Below, piece by piece: positions 1 to 12,049 of a stretch of 64,000 nt of DNA. The translations under genes were made by a program, and so were the position numbers. Below the pieces are notes generated by a model, which worked only from the letters and a program-made list of their open reading frames with translations, did no database searches and was not told where the DNA came from. This DNA is from Dendrobates tinctorius (taxonomy: Eukaryota): assembly GCF_039654945.1 (NCBI RefSeq), contig NW_027361687.1, positions 60,326,001 through 60,390,000 of the forward strand. The letters are read 5' to 3'. Position 1 is the first letter of the stretch, and every line of letters starts with the position of its first letter.

Positions 1-249
1 TGTCTCTGTCCCTTCACTTTAGCCCCTTCAACTCTAGGCCAGCCCAACTATTAACCCTAACAGTCCCTAATAGCTCTCTTTTGCTGGACAGAATACAATC
101 ACTAATAACACACTTTACTAAACATGTCACATAAAATACATTGCAACAATACACGTCTCTCAGGGGAAACGTGAGCAACACTTGCACCTTCTTACATACC
201 CAACATGATAGAATAGATTAGTAAATTGTATATTTTTTCAATTATTTCT

Positions 250-2040
250 AAACACTGTTTTTCGGTGATTACTTTGTATCTCCGTTCATACTGCACCCAC
301 ACACACAAATGATACACCATTTGAAAGGTAAACTTGCCCCCTTTAGCAAGAAAATAGCCAAACAAACCACATATCCATGATCACAAAATACATTTTAAAC
401 AATAATTTTCATAAACCTGAAGTATGGAAAAATGACCTGCAGGTGGCACCACAGTACCCCAAAGCACACTACCACAAAGCTGCTTACAGACATCACAAAC
501 AAATCCAAACATTTGCATTGGGGTCTTTCCAGCTTGCTAAACTGCTTGCCCAGCCTATTTTAGCCAAATTGAAGGATTGCACACTTCACTGCAGGTGAGG
601 CACATATGCAAACACATCTGTAAACATGCACTGCTTATTGAATTGCACACTTGCTCCGTTCATACTCCACCCACACAAACAAATGATTCACCATTTAAAA
701 GGTCAAATTACCTGCAGGTGGCAGCACACTACCACAAAGCTGCTTACAGACATCACAAACAAATCCAAACATTTGCCTTGGGGTCTTACCAGCTTGCTCA
801 AGTGCTTGCCCAGTGTTGTGAGCTCATTTTCGGGTTGGCCTCTGGCTTATGGTGAGGGCTATGGAGCTGGCTGTGCTGACAGAGGAGTAGTGAGTTCTCT
901 ATCTGGACTCCCTCTGTTGGTGAAGGGAGGTAATGAAGCTGATCTAAATGGCAGAGACCGGCCACCTGAGGAAGAGGACTGTGACTGGACATCAGGAATT
1001 TCTGATTGGATTTAAGGCAGCCGACTCCCTAGTTTCTTGCTGGTGATTTCTCCTGACTGTGGCTTCTGGTTTCCAGTTTGGTTCCTGCCTTCTTAAAGCT
1101 AAGTTTTATCTGCTATTGTTCATATGAGTTTTCATCTGGTTTACTTAGTTTTCGTCTTCAGCCAGCCCTGGCTGGGACTGGGCTGAATCCCCATTTTGTC
1201 TCTGATCAGTTGATCTCTTTTGCGCTGTCTTCAGAATATACCTGAGTGCTGATATAGGGAATTGAAGTCTAGCGACTTCAGGGCCTTTTTCTATCAGACG
1301 TGTTGGACATTTTTTAGCAGGGTTTTTTGCGTGATTGCAGACAGCAGCTTTTCTTTCCTGTCCTTTCTAGTTAGTGAGGGCCCCATCGTTTGCTCAGCCT
1401 ATCTTTCTATCTGTGTTTGTGTTTTCATCTTGTTTCACCGACAATACATGTTGGGGGCTATCTATTGCTCTGGGGTCTGCTCTGGGGCAGTTTAGGTTTT
1501 CCCTTTCTTTCTTTAGGCTTATTTAGTTCTCCGGCCGTGAGGAGGCATCTAGGACCACCGTAGGCACGCTCCACGGCTACTGCTAGTTGTGTGTATAGGA
1601 TCAGGGGTCTGCAATCCGCTAGTTACCAACCTCTCCGGTTTTCTGGGCTTAGCTTGCTTTTTGTCTTTTCCTCCTCGGTGACTCATTCATAACAGCCCAA
1701 CCTATTTCAGGCACATTGGAGGATTGCACACTTCACTGCAGGTGAATCACATATGCAAACACATTTGTATACATGCACTGCTTTTTCGGTGATGACTTCG
1801 ACCCACACACACAAATGGTGATTCACATATGCAAACACATTTGTAAACCTGCACTGCTTTTTTGCTCATTATTTCTCCCCACACACATACAAATGATATA
1901 CAATTTGATAGGTAAACTTGCTCCCTTCAGCAAGAAAAGAGCCAAACAAACCACACATTCATGATTTTATTGCTAAATACAGTTTAAACAATCATTTTCA
2001 TAAATCTGCAGAAAGACACAATGACCTGCAGGTGCACATT
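250..2040. repeat. Degenerate tandem (satellite-like) repeat with units of a few hundred bp, interrupted by the solo LTR at 814-1694
   Basis: Recurrent blocks ggattgcacacttcactgcaggtga, catatgcaaacacat, cactaccacaaagctgcttacagacatcac, ggtaaacttgc. Confidence 0.65.
814..1694 (+). mobile_element. Solo LTR, family A (TGTTGTGA...TCATAACA)
   Basis: TG...CA ends with short terminal inverted repeat; flanks GCCCAG/GCCCAA (6-bp TSD, 1 mismatch); homologous to 19638-20428 and 33063-33908. Confidence 0.75.
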
Positions 2041-2983
2041 AACCAGAAGACATTTTTTGGCCTCTACTTATCAAACTAATTTATTGTATTACCAATCAAC
2101 ATATATAAAATACCTGTCTGTGTTCATCATCTCATTAAATGCATTTACATTTGACCAGCTAGCTTTTTCTGAAATTGTCTGCGCCCCTGATGACCAATGT
2201 GCAAAAATTTTGCATGGACCAAGCTAGTATACATGAATTAACAAAACTCTGGATTTTGACAGGACCACAGAAGAGTTGGGGTTTATGTGAACATATCCAA
2301 ATGGGAGTCATCCTGCTCATTTTTGATCAGTCTCAAGGGTGGAGCTTAATCTGCTAACAATTAAGCATTGATATGTCAGTCTTTAACCCTACATCATTGT
2401 AAACATATGCTATTAAAGCTCCCACAATCAATCAGAAGGCTGGGGACTCCAAAAGACAAGACAAGTTGTTTGTTACCATAGCTTTCTTTTTTGCCAGCTA
2501 CTTAGCGCTCCATAAGTGCAACTTCTATAACTCTATTGGAGCCAACGATAAATACATGAAGTGTGAATAGCGTAATGGTTTTTGAAATTTAGGAAAAACT
2601 CATGAGATTCTTATCACAAAATTTGGCCAAAAAATGTGTGCCCATTCACCAATGTCAAGGTGATCTCATCGAATGGGTCCCTGACCTAACTGCCTAGTAT
2701 GAACACTTACCTCTGGTTAATAACTTGGTAAAGCCTACAGTGCTGTGCAAATTAATTGGGACAAAGCATTTTTTTTTTTAAGTAAAATCGTAAGTTGGTT
2801 ACCAGTCAGTGATTCAAACCAGTTTCAACTGCTTTGAACAGGTGTAAGTGTACAACCTTGAGTAACAAAATGTGGTTTGACTGGTTTTAGTCAGAAAATA
2901 ACAGCTAGCATCAGTTGAGAGCTTGTTTCTGTGAGGAGTGGTTTAGTGTACTTTTTCTCTCAGTGCGATTCGTGCCTGTAAAA

Positions 2984-3271
2984 ATGGATGTTACTCCACG
3001 GAAGAGGTCTAGAATTATTACTCTTAATGAACATACAAGTCTGACTGTAAGAGAAATCGCTTCCACCGTTGGTATTGGAAAATCTACCGTTTCAAGAATA
3101 ATTCGCAGACACAATGAAACTGGATCGTTTTCTCCAAAATGAAAAGAAAAATGTGGAAGAAAAAGGAAAATCGACACCAAGAACTGATAAAACACTTATC
3201 AGAAATAGTAAAATGAATGCAAGAAAAACAAGTAAAGACCTCCAAAGAGACTTGTTCGCTGCAGGTATTGA
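2984..3271 (+). pseudogene. Tc1 transposase, N-terminal HTH part (stop and frameshift)
   Basis: MDVTPRKRSRII...REIASTVGIGKSTVSRIIRRHNETG...CGRKRK/STPRTDK...DLQRDLFAAGID. Confidence 0.85.
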
Positions 3272-4294
3272 TGTGGCACCCCCAGGAGTATGGCCGCCAC
3301 AGTGGCTTTGCCTTCTTCCAGGGAGGGTAATGCCAGGCTTGGATGCAAGGAAGGGTCTCTCCAGCAGTTTATCTATGCATGCAACACAGTTCCACTCCAG
3401 GCCAGCAGGGGGGACTCTGAACCGGAATTAAGGGGAGGAGTGCTCTCTGAGGGCCAAGAGGAAGGAGTGGTTAGTTAGTCTGCGGAGGGTGAAGTGTGCA
3501 GACGTGGGGAAGAAGCGCAGAGATCGAGCGGAGAAGAAAGGCTCATCTCCAGTGAGAGCGCATGAACTGGACCCTGGTCTCCACGGTGGTATGGATACTA
3601 ATGGTCCTGCAACAGACACCAGAGGAGTAGGAGGCTGTAAATGCACTACTCCCATCTAAGACTTGAGAGCACGACAGCAACATTAATAGTAAGTCGGGAC
3701 TTAGGAGAAAGGAGTCCCCGAAACAGGCTATAGCTGTCTGCCGTACAAGTAGAGTTCTTGGGAACATCTGTCAGGAGGAACTTCAGTGTCACTCGGTACT
3801 GGAGACCCCTCAAATAAGCGCTAGGAAGGAGACTGCACAGCCCATCTGCTGAGAGAGAATCCCTGAGTTGCTTCCAGGCTAGCCTGCTCCGGTACCATCT
3901 GTAATCAGGACCCTGGACTGCAGTTGTCAAGTAAAGGTACAGAAACTGCACCCCGCTGTGTCTTTGTCTGCTTTCTACCTTACCGGCAGCGCTACATCCC
4001 CGTGCCAACCACATCTACACTGCCCTGGGACTACAGCTTCACCTGTGGGGAACTTTTACATCTTTGCTGCACCATACTATCAGTCCCAGCGGATCTGCAT
4101 GCAGCGTCGGCGTAACACCTCCCTTGCCGAACACCACAGGTGGCATCACAAACTATTCATTTAATCCTTCACATTCCAGCATTACAATTCCCCTTTTATT
4201 TGGGCGCCCAGGGCCACGGACCGGGTCACCGCTGCTGTGACATTTCCTTCTGAGAGACCGGCCCGGTACCCCACAGCCCTGGGAGGGCGACCCA
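3272..4294 (+). repeat. Gypsy 5' LTR
   Basis: TGTGGCAC...GGGCGACCCA; direct repeat of 15412-16428 (roughly 95% identical by eye). Confidence 0.92.
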
Positions 4295-4298
4295 AATT

Positions 4299-4317
4299 TG
4301 GCGTCACTAACAGGATT
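4299..4317 (+). promoter_or_regulatory. Primer-binding site complementary to the 3' end of tRNA-Ser(CGA)
   Basis: TGGCGTCACTAACAGGATT versus TGGCGTCACGAACAGGATT expected from vertebrate tRNA-Ser(CGA) as recalled; 1 mismatch; 4-nt spacer after the LTR. Confidence 0.7.
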
Positions 4318-4602
4318 ATGGAGGTACCGGGTCCTGTGTGCCATAGGCTGTGGTTGTGTAAGAGACTGTGTTGGCGCCATTGCCGCGCTGCTTGGCGCGC
4401 GAGGGAAACAAAAGAGGCGGGCCTTCGTTGGCGGAGCCCCTCCGAGAGCGCAAAGCAGTGAAGTCCCACGCGGGAAGAGGAAAAGCGCGCGAGAAGTGGG
4501 AGGAGCTGAGGCCTACAGCCTGGAGCGTCGGGCCTGCGAAGCGGCTGCTGATCAGCTCACACAACCCCCGGTCCTGGCTAACGTTAACAAGGGGGCGGGG
4601 GA

Positions 4603-5632
4603 ATGTCTGTGCCCCGCAGCAATGCAGCGGTGGACGCCGCCGCTAACCCCTCAGCGCCGCAAGGAGTAGCGCCCACCGCAGCGGTCCCCATAATGCCGCT
4701 GTCTATGCCCTACCTTCTGGGAGCTGCCTGGCTACCGCAGTACTCGGGTGAGTCACATATCCTGAGTGAATTCAAAGAGAGACTGTGCAGTTTGTTTGAA
4801 GTATACCCCTTGCCTGAAAGCCAGAAAGTGCACATCCTTATTGGACAGCTAACAGGTGCGGCACAGAGAGAAGTCAAAGCCTGGCAGGACACTGACAAAG
4901 ACTGTTAAAAAGATCCTAGCCAAGCTGAGAAGCACCTTTGACACCCAAACTGCAGCTGAAATCAAGATGCGATTCTTTGGATGCAAACAGAAGGCGCAGG
5001 ACAGTATAAGGGTCTATGCTCTTAACCTGCAGGAGGCGCTGCGAGCAGTTAAGCAAGTTGATCCTGACAGTGTGAAGGAGGAAGATAAGCTGTTAAAGGA
5101 GCAGTTCATTGAAGGACTCCTATCCAATACCCACAGAGGACAGTTGCGCATCATCACCCTGCAAAACCCTGATCTGGACTTTGCTGATTTCAAGGACAGG
5201 GCTATTCGGGTACTTCAGGAGCCAACTGACAGCCGTCCAGCGCACCCTAGGCGCCCAGCGATCACCTACCATCAGGAAGCAACATCTTTCCCTTGCATTC
5301 CTGTGGAGGCTGATGCACAGACTCTGGATAAAGATCCCACTGAAGAGCTGCGTCTTCAGGTCCAGGAGTTAACCAAAGGAATGGCTGCACTTACTAAAAC
5401 TGTGCAGTCCCTGCAAATGTCCTACAAGGAGAAGATCCAGCTTGCCTCCAGTCTAGAGGATGTCCCGTGGCTCCGGAAGAAGAGGATTCCACGACTCCGA
5501 GGAAGGAACAACGACCGCTATGACCAGGATGGACGTCCCATCTATCGTAACTGTCGCAGGCCAGGCCACATCGCCAGGTACTGTCATTTAAACAAGCAAC
5601 CCCTGGGGCAGAGGGCCAACCCCCAGGAATAG
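4603..5632 (+). pseudogene. Gypsy gag (PNMA-like capsid plus degenerate CCHC knuckle), frameshift near 4900
   Basis: WLPQYSGE...LTGAAQREV; FFGCKQKAQDSIRVYALNLQ; LKEQFIEGL; YRNCRRPGHIARYC. Confidence 0.8.
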
Positions 5633-5691
5633 GATCCTCAGGCCCAAGGAACTGGAGAGCCAAGTATGTTGGAGGGAGACCAATCCTTCCA

Positions 5692-6422
5692 GTGGTGATT
5701 GACGGCATCCCCATGAACGCTTTGATGGACACTGGCTCCCAGGTGACCACCATGCCGTACATTCTTTACAAGAGGTACTGGGCTGACTCTGAACTCACTC
5801 ATGGCCCAACTGATGATCTGACAGTAGTTGCCAGTAATGGCCAGTCTTTACCCCAAGTAGGATGTAAAGAAATTACTGTTAAAGTGGGTCGGGTAGAGCT
5901 AAAATCTCAAGGTCTGATGTGGATATTGATCGACGTGAATGTAATCCCATGATGACTCTTGGTACCAATGTAATTGAAAACTGTCTTTCCGAGGTTATTG
6001 TCTTGTTGCAACAGGTGGCTGAGACTGCTGGTTCCAGTGAACAATGAGACCTGCAGAAGGAGATCAGAGCCCTGATGCAAAGACAACAGGTAGAAATCTC
6101 TGGCGGAGAAATTAGCAGTGTCAGAGTGAGTGATGCTTTCCCCATTGCAATACCCCCCAGATGTGAAATGTTGATTTGGTGTCGGGCAGCTATGGGTCTC
6201 AGAGGAAAAGACTACCAGGCATTGGTAGAGCCAGTATACCCTGATAGCAGGCCCACTGTCCTGACAGCCAGAGGGGTGGTTGATGTACGTAAAGGGAGAG
6301 TACCTGTACACCTCTTGAATTGTGGGGAGGAGGAGGCCACAATACCTCGGTCTGCCACAGTTGCTAAGCTGCTTACTGTTAATAACAATTCATTGCAGGC
6401 AGCAGAGCCCTTGGTCTCAGCC
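5692..6422 (+). pseudogene. Gypsy aspartic protease and PR-RT spacer, 5' of the BEL insertion
   Basis: NALMDTGSQVTTM motif; in frame with DQVEGNG at 12468 after removing the BEL element and one TSD. Confidence 0.82.
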
Positions 6423-6836
6423 TATTCTGACTCATAGATATGTAGAACGTATGGTGCCTGGATAGACCTCTCTTTCTGGGCCCCTTCCGTATCGACCTGT
6501 ACTCACGTTCATACCGATTAATCAGACAGCTTAACTCAGCCACGATCTCATGTAAGAAGACTCCAAGAAAAGAGGGATGCTTTAACTGAAATTCTTGTAT
6601 TATGATGAAAGCAGCAGGTAAAAAGGAATATTCTTCAGAGGACATGTAGCAGGATGCATACAGATGGAGGGACGATCACAAAATGGAGAATGAAGGAGGG
6701 AACAAACATACATCACAGGACTACAGGGAGAGAGTTGGAACAAAATACAGGGAAAGGCAAACTTCTGCCTAGCAACAGATGATGCAACACAAACAATGCA
6801 AATATTAAATGATTTCCCAAGTCGTGGGACATGACA
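6423..6836 (-). repeat. BEL/Pao 3' LTR (TG...TA)
   Basis: Direct repeat of 12050-12462; preceded on the sense strand by purine tract GACGGGGAG. Confidence 0.92.
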
Positions 6837-7161
6837 CTCCCCGTCTGAAATCCTTGGATTTTATGATGTCCGTAATTCTTCGAAGTCGTTCGAACCTAAA
6901 AAACAAGAGAAAAGAGAAAAACATGTATGCAATAATAAACATCAAACATTTTTAAAGTCCAACTCATTGTTGTTGACCCGTAGATCACACCGGAAGATAA
7001 GTCCAAGACTATAAACCCATCTTCGGATTGGGGAAGCCGGAAACATGCCAACTCTTCCACCAACCCAGCAATCCAATGGAAAATGTCAATGTTCAATAAA
7101 AAACTGGGGAATGAGGAGGAATGCTCCCCGCCGTGAGCAACGTCCAGGAGCAATGTTCAGT

Positions 7162-9438
7162 TCATGTGACGTCCTCCTTTGGCAGTAGCAGCACGAGATC
7201 GGTGACCGGACGTAGGAAGGTTCGGGTAGAGCTCCCTTTTGTCGCCTTAACTTCTGTCTTACGAGTCTTTCCGTCCTCGCTGGGCATGACCTTGGTGATA
7301 AGACCCATTGGCCAGTCGTTACGATGAGCCTCTTTGTCTTTTAAGAGAACAAGGTCTCCTTCTTGGAGATTGGGACTGGGTGCCTGCCATTTGTGACGGT
7401 TTTGAAGCAGGTGCAAGTATTCGGTCTTCCAACGGTGCCAAAACACGTTGGCTATGTGTTGTACTTGCTTCCACTGACGTTTGTAAATGTCCTTGTTATC
7501 GAAATTCCTGGGAGGAACTGTAGCAGCTCCAATCTTCTGTGTAAGAAGTGTAGCTGGGGTAAGAATCATTGGAGAATAACAACGTGGGACTTGGAGTTGC
7601 TCTAAGAACTTCAAGGACTTCTTCCATGTCTCCCACCTTTGCTGTTTCTGAGTCGGAAGCGGGGTGTCCCAATCAGTGTTCTCGGCAGTGAGCTGTCTTA
7701 ACAGTATCTTGCCTTGAATAGTGATGGATGCTACAAACCCGAGAGGATCGTAGATGCTGTTTACGACAGATAGGACTCCTCGTTTGGTAAAGGGTTTGTC
7801 ACAGGGCGACACTTGGAAGGTGAAGGTGTCCTGTTTGATATCCCACAGTAGACCAAGCCTGCGCTGTGTGGGAGGAACATCAGAACCTAGGTTGAGGTCC
7901 TTTAGGTTCATGGCATGGTCCTCAGATGGAAACGCGCTCATTACTTCTTGACTGTTAGAGATGATCTTGTGGAGTCTGAGGTTTGATGTAGATAGCATTT
8001 CCTGTGTCCTGGAGAGTAGGTCAATTGCCTCTTCACTTGTGGGCAAGGACTTGACCCCGTCGTCTACGTAGAAGTTCTTCTCTACGAATTGACGAGCATC
8101 GGATCCATACTCTCTCTCACCTTCCTGGGCTGTCCGTCTCAGTCCGTAGATCGCCACAGCAGGTGAAGGACTGTTGCCGAAGACATGGACCTTCATCCGG
8201 TAGTCTATGACTTGATAGTTGACATTGTTGTCTTTGTGCCATAGGAACCTAAGATAGTTTCTGCCGTCTTCCTTCATGATGAAGCAATGAAACATCTGCT
8301 GGATGTCGGCCATTATAGCAACAGGTTCTTGTCTGAAGCAGATCAATACTCCAAGGAGACTGTTGTTCAGGTTGGGTCCAGTTAGTAGCAGGTTGTTGAG
8401 AGAGAGGCCTTCATACTGAGCACTGGAGTCAAACACCACTCTGATCTGGTTAGGCTTGCGAGGATGATAGACACCAAAGGATGGAAGGTACCAACATTCT
8501 TCTCCTTCCTTCAGTGGTGGCGCAGGTTCAGCATGATCTTTGTCAAAGATGTTCTGCATAAAGTCAATGAAATGCTTCTCCATTTCTGGTTTCCTCTTTA
8601 GGGTACGTTTTAAGGCTGAGAACCTTGCAGTTGCTTGCTGCAGGTTGTTTGGCAACCTCGCTCTTGGGAAACTAAAGGGTAAAGGAGCTACCCAACTGTT
8701 GGAGTCATCTTGAACAAATTCTTTGTCCATAACCTTTATGAATACTTTATCTTCCCTTGTGGGTGCTAGCTTGTTGTCTTCACTTGTGGAATCGAACACT
8801 GTTGACCCGAGGTTTTCGTCCCAGGGCTGGAGCATGTTCATGTTGTTGAAGGATTCCTGTTGCCTCTTGGTGTTGCTCACTTTCTCTTTCACCCAGTAAT
8901 GATGTGGGCATGGCTGAAAATGAGTGCTGCGACCATTTGGCAAGATGTGTGTTTTGTAAGAGGAGATGTTATTAGGTCTCTTCATCTTGTGTATGCAAAC
9001 ATCGCCTATAATTACCCAGCCTAGATCAAAGCGTTGGGCAAATGGTGCGTCGTGTGGTCCGTTAAATTGCTGACGTACCTTGTGCAGCCGGGGAATGTCT
9101 CTGCCAAGCAGAATCAGGATATCTGCGCTGTTGTTGAGGGCTGGTATCTTGTTTGCTATCCCCTTGAGATGTGGGTGATGAAGAGCAGCCTCTGGCGTTG
9201 GGATCTCTTCTCGATTGGAAGGAATCTGGTTGCACTCGACAAGTGTGGGTAAGGGTATCTCCACGGTGTTGTCGAGGGATGTCGCTATAAGACCACTGGC
9301 CCTTCTCCCAGAGACCTCTGTAACACCGCTGCAGGTACCTAAGGTGTAAGGGTAACCATTTCCCTTTAAGTTAAACATATCAAAGAGTTCTTTCCTTGCA
9401 AGTGACCGGTTGCTCTGATCATCCAAGAGGATGTACAC
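7162..9438 (-). pseudogene. BEL/Pao pol: protease-RT-partial RNase H fused in frame to the post-integrase C-terminal region
   Basis: ILLDDQSNRS; WYLP..GVYHPRKP..IRVVFDSSA; ADIQQMF; FGNSPSP; FYVDD; YDPLGF; then VPRCYSP|MILTPATLLTQK and W..VQ..ANVFWHRWKTEYL. Confidence 0.88.
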
Positions 9439-9439
9439 C

Positions 9440-11751
9440 TTCGCGGCTTTCTCTGGGTGACCGTTGGGATATGTTCACCAGGCAAATCTTCGCACAGGAC
9501 TTGTCCCAGAGACCTTCTCCGCAGACTTCTGTGCATGAAGAAGATATTGTGGTATGACTTGCAGTTTGAGCTGCGTCCTCCCCGCCATGGCTCGTGGTGG
9601 GGGAAGGAGTACGTGTAGAGTTAGGACGGTATGGGTGGAGTGCTTGTACGTGATCCTCACTGTCACACTCCATACACTTAATTGTAGTTTTACAGTCTTT
9701 AGCAAGGTGTTCAGTAGAAGCACAACATCTGTAGCATACCCCGAACTTCTTTAGAAGTTCCTTGCGTTCTTGGAGCGGTTTCTTCCTGAAGCCGATGCAC
9801 TATTTTAAGGGATGTGGCTTCTTGTGGATGGGACACTCACGATTTGGGTTCTCTATCTTTTCACCCTTGTTGCTCTTGCCTGGGGCTGATGTTGGTAAGG
9901 GAAGAATATCCGTCTTCTTCACCGAAACTGGACTCCTGCGGTTTCTGTCATTCGAGCGTGTGCTCACGTATTTAGAGGGAGGTGAAGCTGGGCCACTGGA
10001 TTCTCCGTAGGAAAAGCTTGGGTCGTTCTTACGCTCTGCAATGTCTTTTATAAACTCACAGAAGTAGGAGAATGCAGGAAATGACACTTGATGGTTTTTC
10101 TTGTATTTTGACTCTATTGCAGTCCACTTCTCTTGTACATTGTATGGTAGCTTGGAGATAATGGGGTTTACTCCACGAGCAGTGTCCAGGTAGCTAAGGC
10201 CAGGTAGGTGGGTGTCTGCCTTGGCCAGCTGGAGCTCTAACAGCAGGTCACTGAGCTCTAGGAACTTTGAACTGTCCTTGCTGGATATCTTTGGAAAACT
10301 CTGTAGTCGCTTGAACAGTGCATCCTCTATGGCTTCTGGACTGCCAAAGTTTCTCTCTAGTCTTTCCCATGCAGCCATGAGACCAGCCGTTGGATTACTG
10401 ATATGTACAGACCTGAGTCTCTTGACACGCTCTGTGGATTGTGGTCCTAACCATCTGATCAGCAGGTCCAGCTCTTCCGCAGCAGTGATACCGAGGTCAC
10501 CAGTTACGGTTCTAAAGGCACTTTTCCAACCTCTGTAATTTTCAGGTTGGTCGTCGAACCTTGTGAGACCGGTTTTAGTAAGTTCACGGCGAATCATGTA
10601 CCTTGCGAAGTCGGACATGTCTGTTCTTTCTGACTTAGGATGCACAATTGTAGGCTGAGCGGTGTTGTACATAGAGGTGGAGACGTCTTGGCCTTGAAAC
10701 ATGGGGAAGTATGGAGTGGCATATGCATTTAGTCCAGCAACTGGTTTGGTGGGTATAGTTTCTGCTACATGTGGAGGTGGCACTGTGTGGTTGTCGAGGG
10801 TATAATGACCTTGAATGCAGGATTCTGTAAGTGGATCGGCATCCTGGTGCTCTAGAGAAGCGTCAACACCATCAAGAGTGTTAGTGATGATCTGCGGTTC
10901 GCCATCTTGGCTTAGCACGTAGTCTCTTGTGCGTTCAATAGGGTCTTCTGCCTCCATTTCACACAAACTGACGCTGTCTCTTTGACTCCCACTGACAGCC
11001 TGCTCGAGTACCTTTAATTCTGCCATGGCTGTTGCATGCTCACATTCCTTCTCTAGAGCTTCCTTTTCCGCTTTCACGCGTGCCGCTTCTGCATCCATTT
11101 CTGCTCTATTTTGTGCAGCAGCTGCATCCATTTCTGCTCTCTTTTGTGCAACAGCTGCGTCCATTTCTGCTCTCTTTTGTGCAAAGGCAGCTTGTACCTT
11201 AGTAGTTTCAGCCTTAGCACGTGCTCTTATAAGCTGCTCAGTAAGAGTAGAATATATTGATGAACTTGACCTAGATGAACGTTTTGAGTGCTTACACGAT
11301 TTGGATGAGCGAGTTGATGCATCTGGTGTTCGTGCGATTCTAGCCTCTATCCTGGCTTTAATGTCACGTACAGTGCAGTCTCTTTCAGAATTAAGCTGCT
11401 GGAAACCTTGCAATTCATTTAAAGTCTCTGGGAGATTCAGTTTCTTCAGGAGAATAATGTATTGGTCACTCTTCTCCATGTACATTTGGTATGCTGTGCA
11501 TAATTGTTCTAGGACTCCCTCTGGTGGTAACTCATGAGAAGCAGGCCTTGATGTAGTGTCTATAGCACTTTCTTCCATACTGAAGACACATCACTATATA
11601 ATTCACATTTTGCAGTCTCTAAGTTCTCCATGACTTTCCATGTGGGTTTGACTGTACGTTTTCCCCTTTCGCTAGATGGTGGATGGGGGTCTGGGTCTCT
11701 TTCCTGTGCTTGTAAGTCTGGTAGGGACATTGTATTCCTTGCTTCAGACAT
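9440..11751 (-). pseudogene. BEL/Pao gag region (coiled coil, DUF1759-like capsid, Cys-His boxes), with frameshifts and a stop
   Basis: 592-aa ORF with FDDQPENYRGWK, LIRWLGPQS, AWERLERNFG, LPYNVQEKW, CPIHKKPH; further CECDSEDH..ALH-like box near 9660. Confidence 0.8.
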
Positions 11752-12014
11752 GATTAGATTGCAGGCAGGAAGATTTGATGATGGGGGTTATACTTCCCAC
11801 TGTTCAGCAACAGGAAATACACAGAGACTCTGCACAGAGTTGATACTTTGTATCTAATGCTGGAGCAGCTGCAGGGTCCTGTGTAATGATGGGAGTTATA
11901 TTCCTCTCTGTTCAGCTGCAGCGTGTGGCTTCTATGCACGCTGGGTTCTGGCTGGAACTGGGTTAGTCTATCTGGGAAATGTCCTTTTCCACTGAGATTT
12001 AGCACAGACCTTGA

Positions 12015-12049
12015 GTTACTGTCTCTGAAGGCAGGTTATTCCTTTTTAC
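12015..12049 (-). promoter_or_regulatory. Putative self-priming PBS of the BEL/Pao element (complementary to its own LTR, not to a tRNA)
   Basis: Sense GTAAAAAGGAATA (12049-12037) is the exact reverse complement of LTR-sense TATTCCTTTTTAC (12257-12245); further pairing between 12030-12015 and 12260-12277; no TGG-type PBS. Confidence 0.65.

Noticed and set aside
3290-4164. Numerous short ORFs within Gypsy LTRs, repeated at 15373-16367, 23293-24547 and 31087-32357
   Set aside because: They recur only because the LTR sequence recurs; frames are not preserved between copies.
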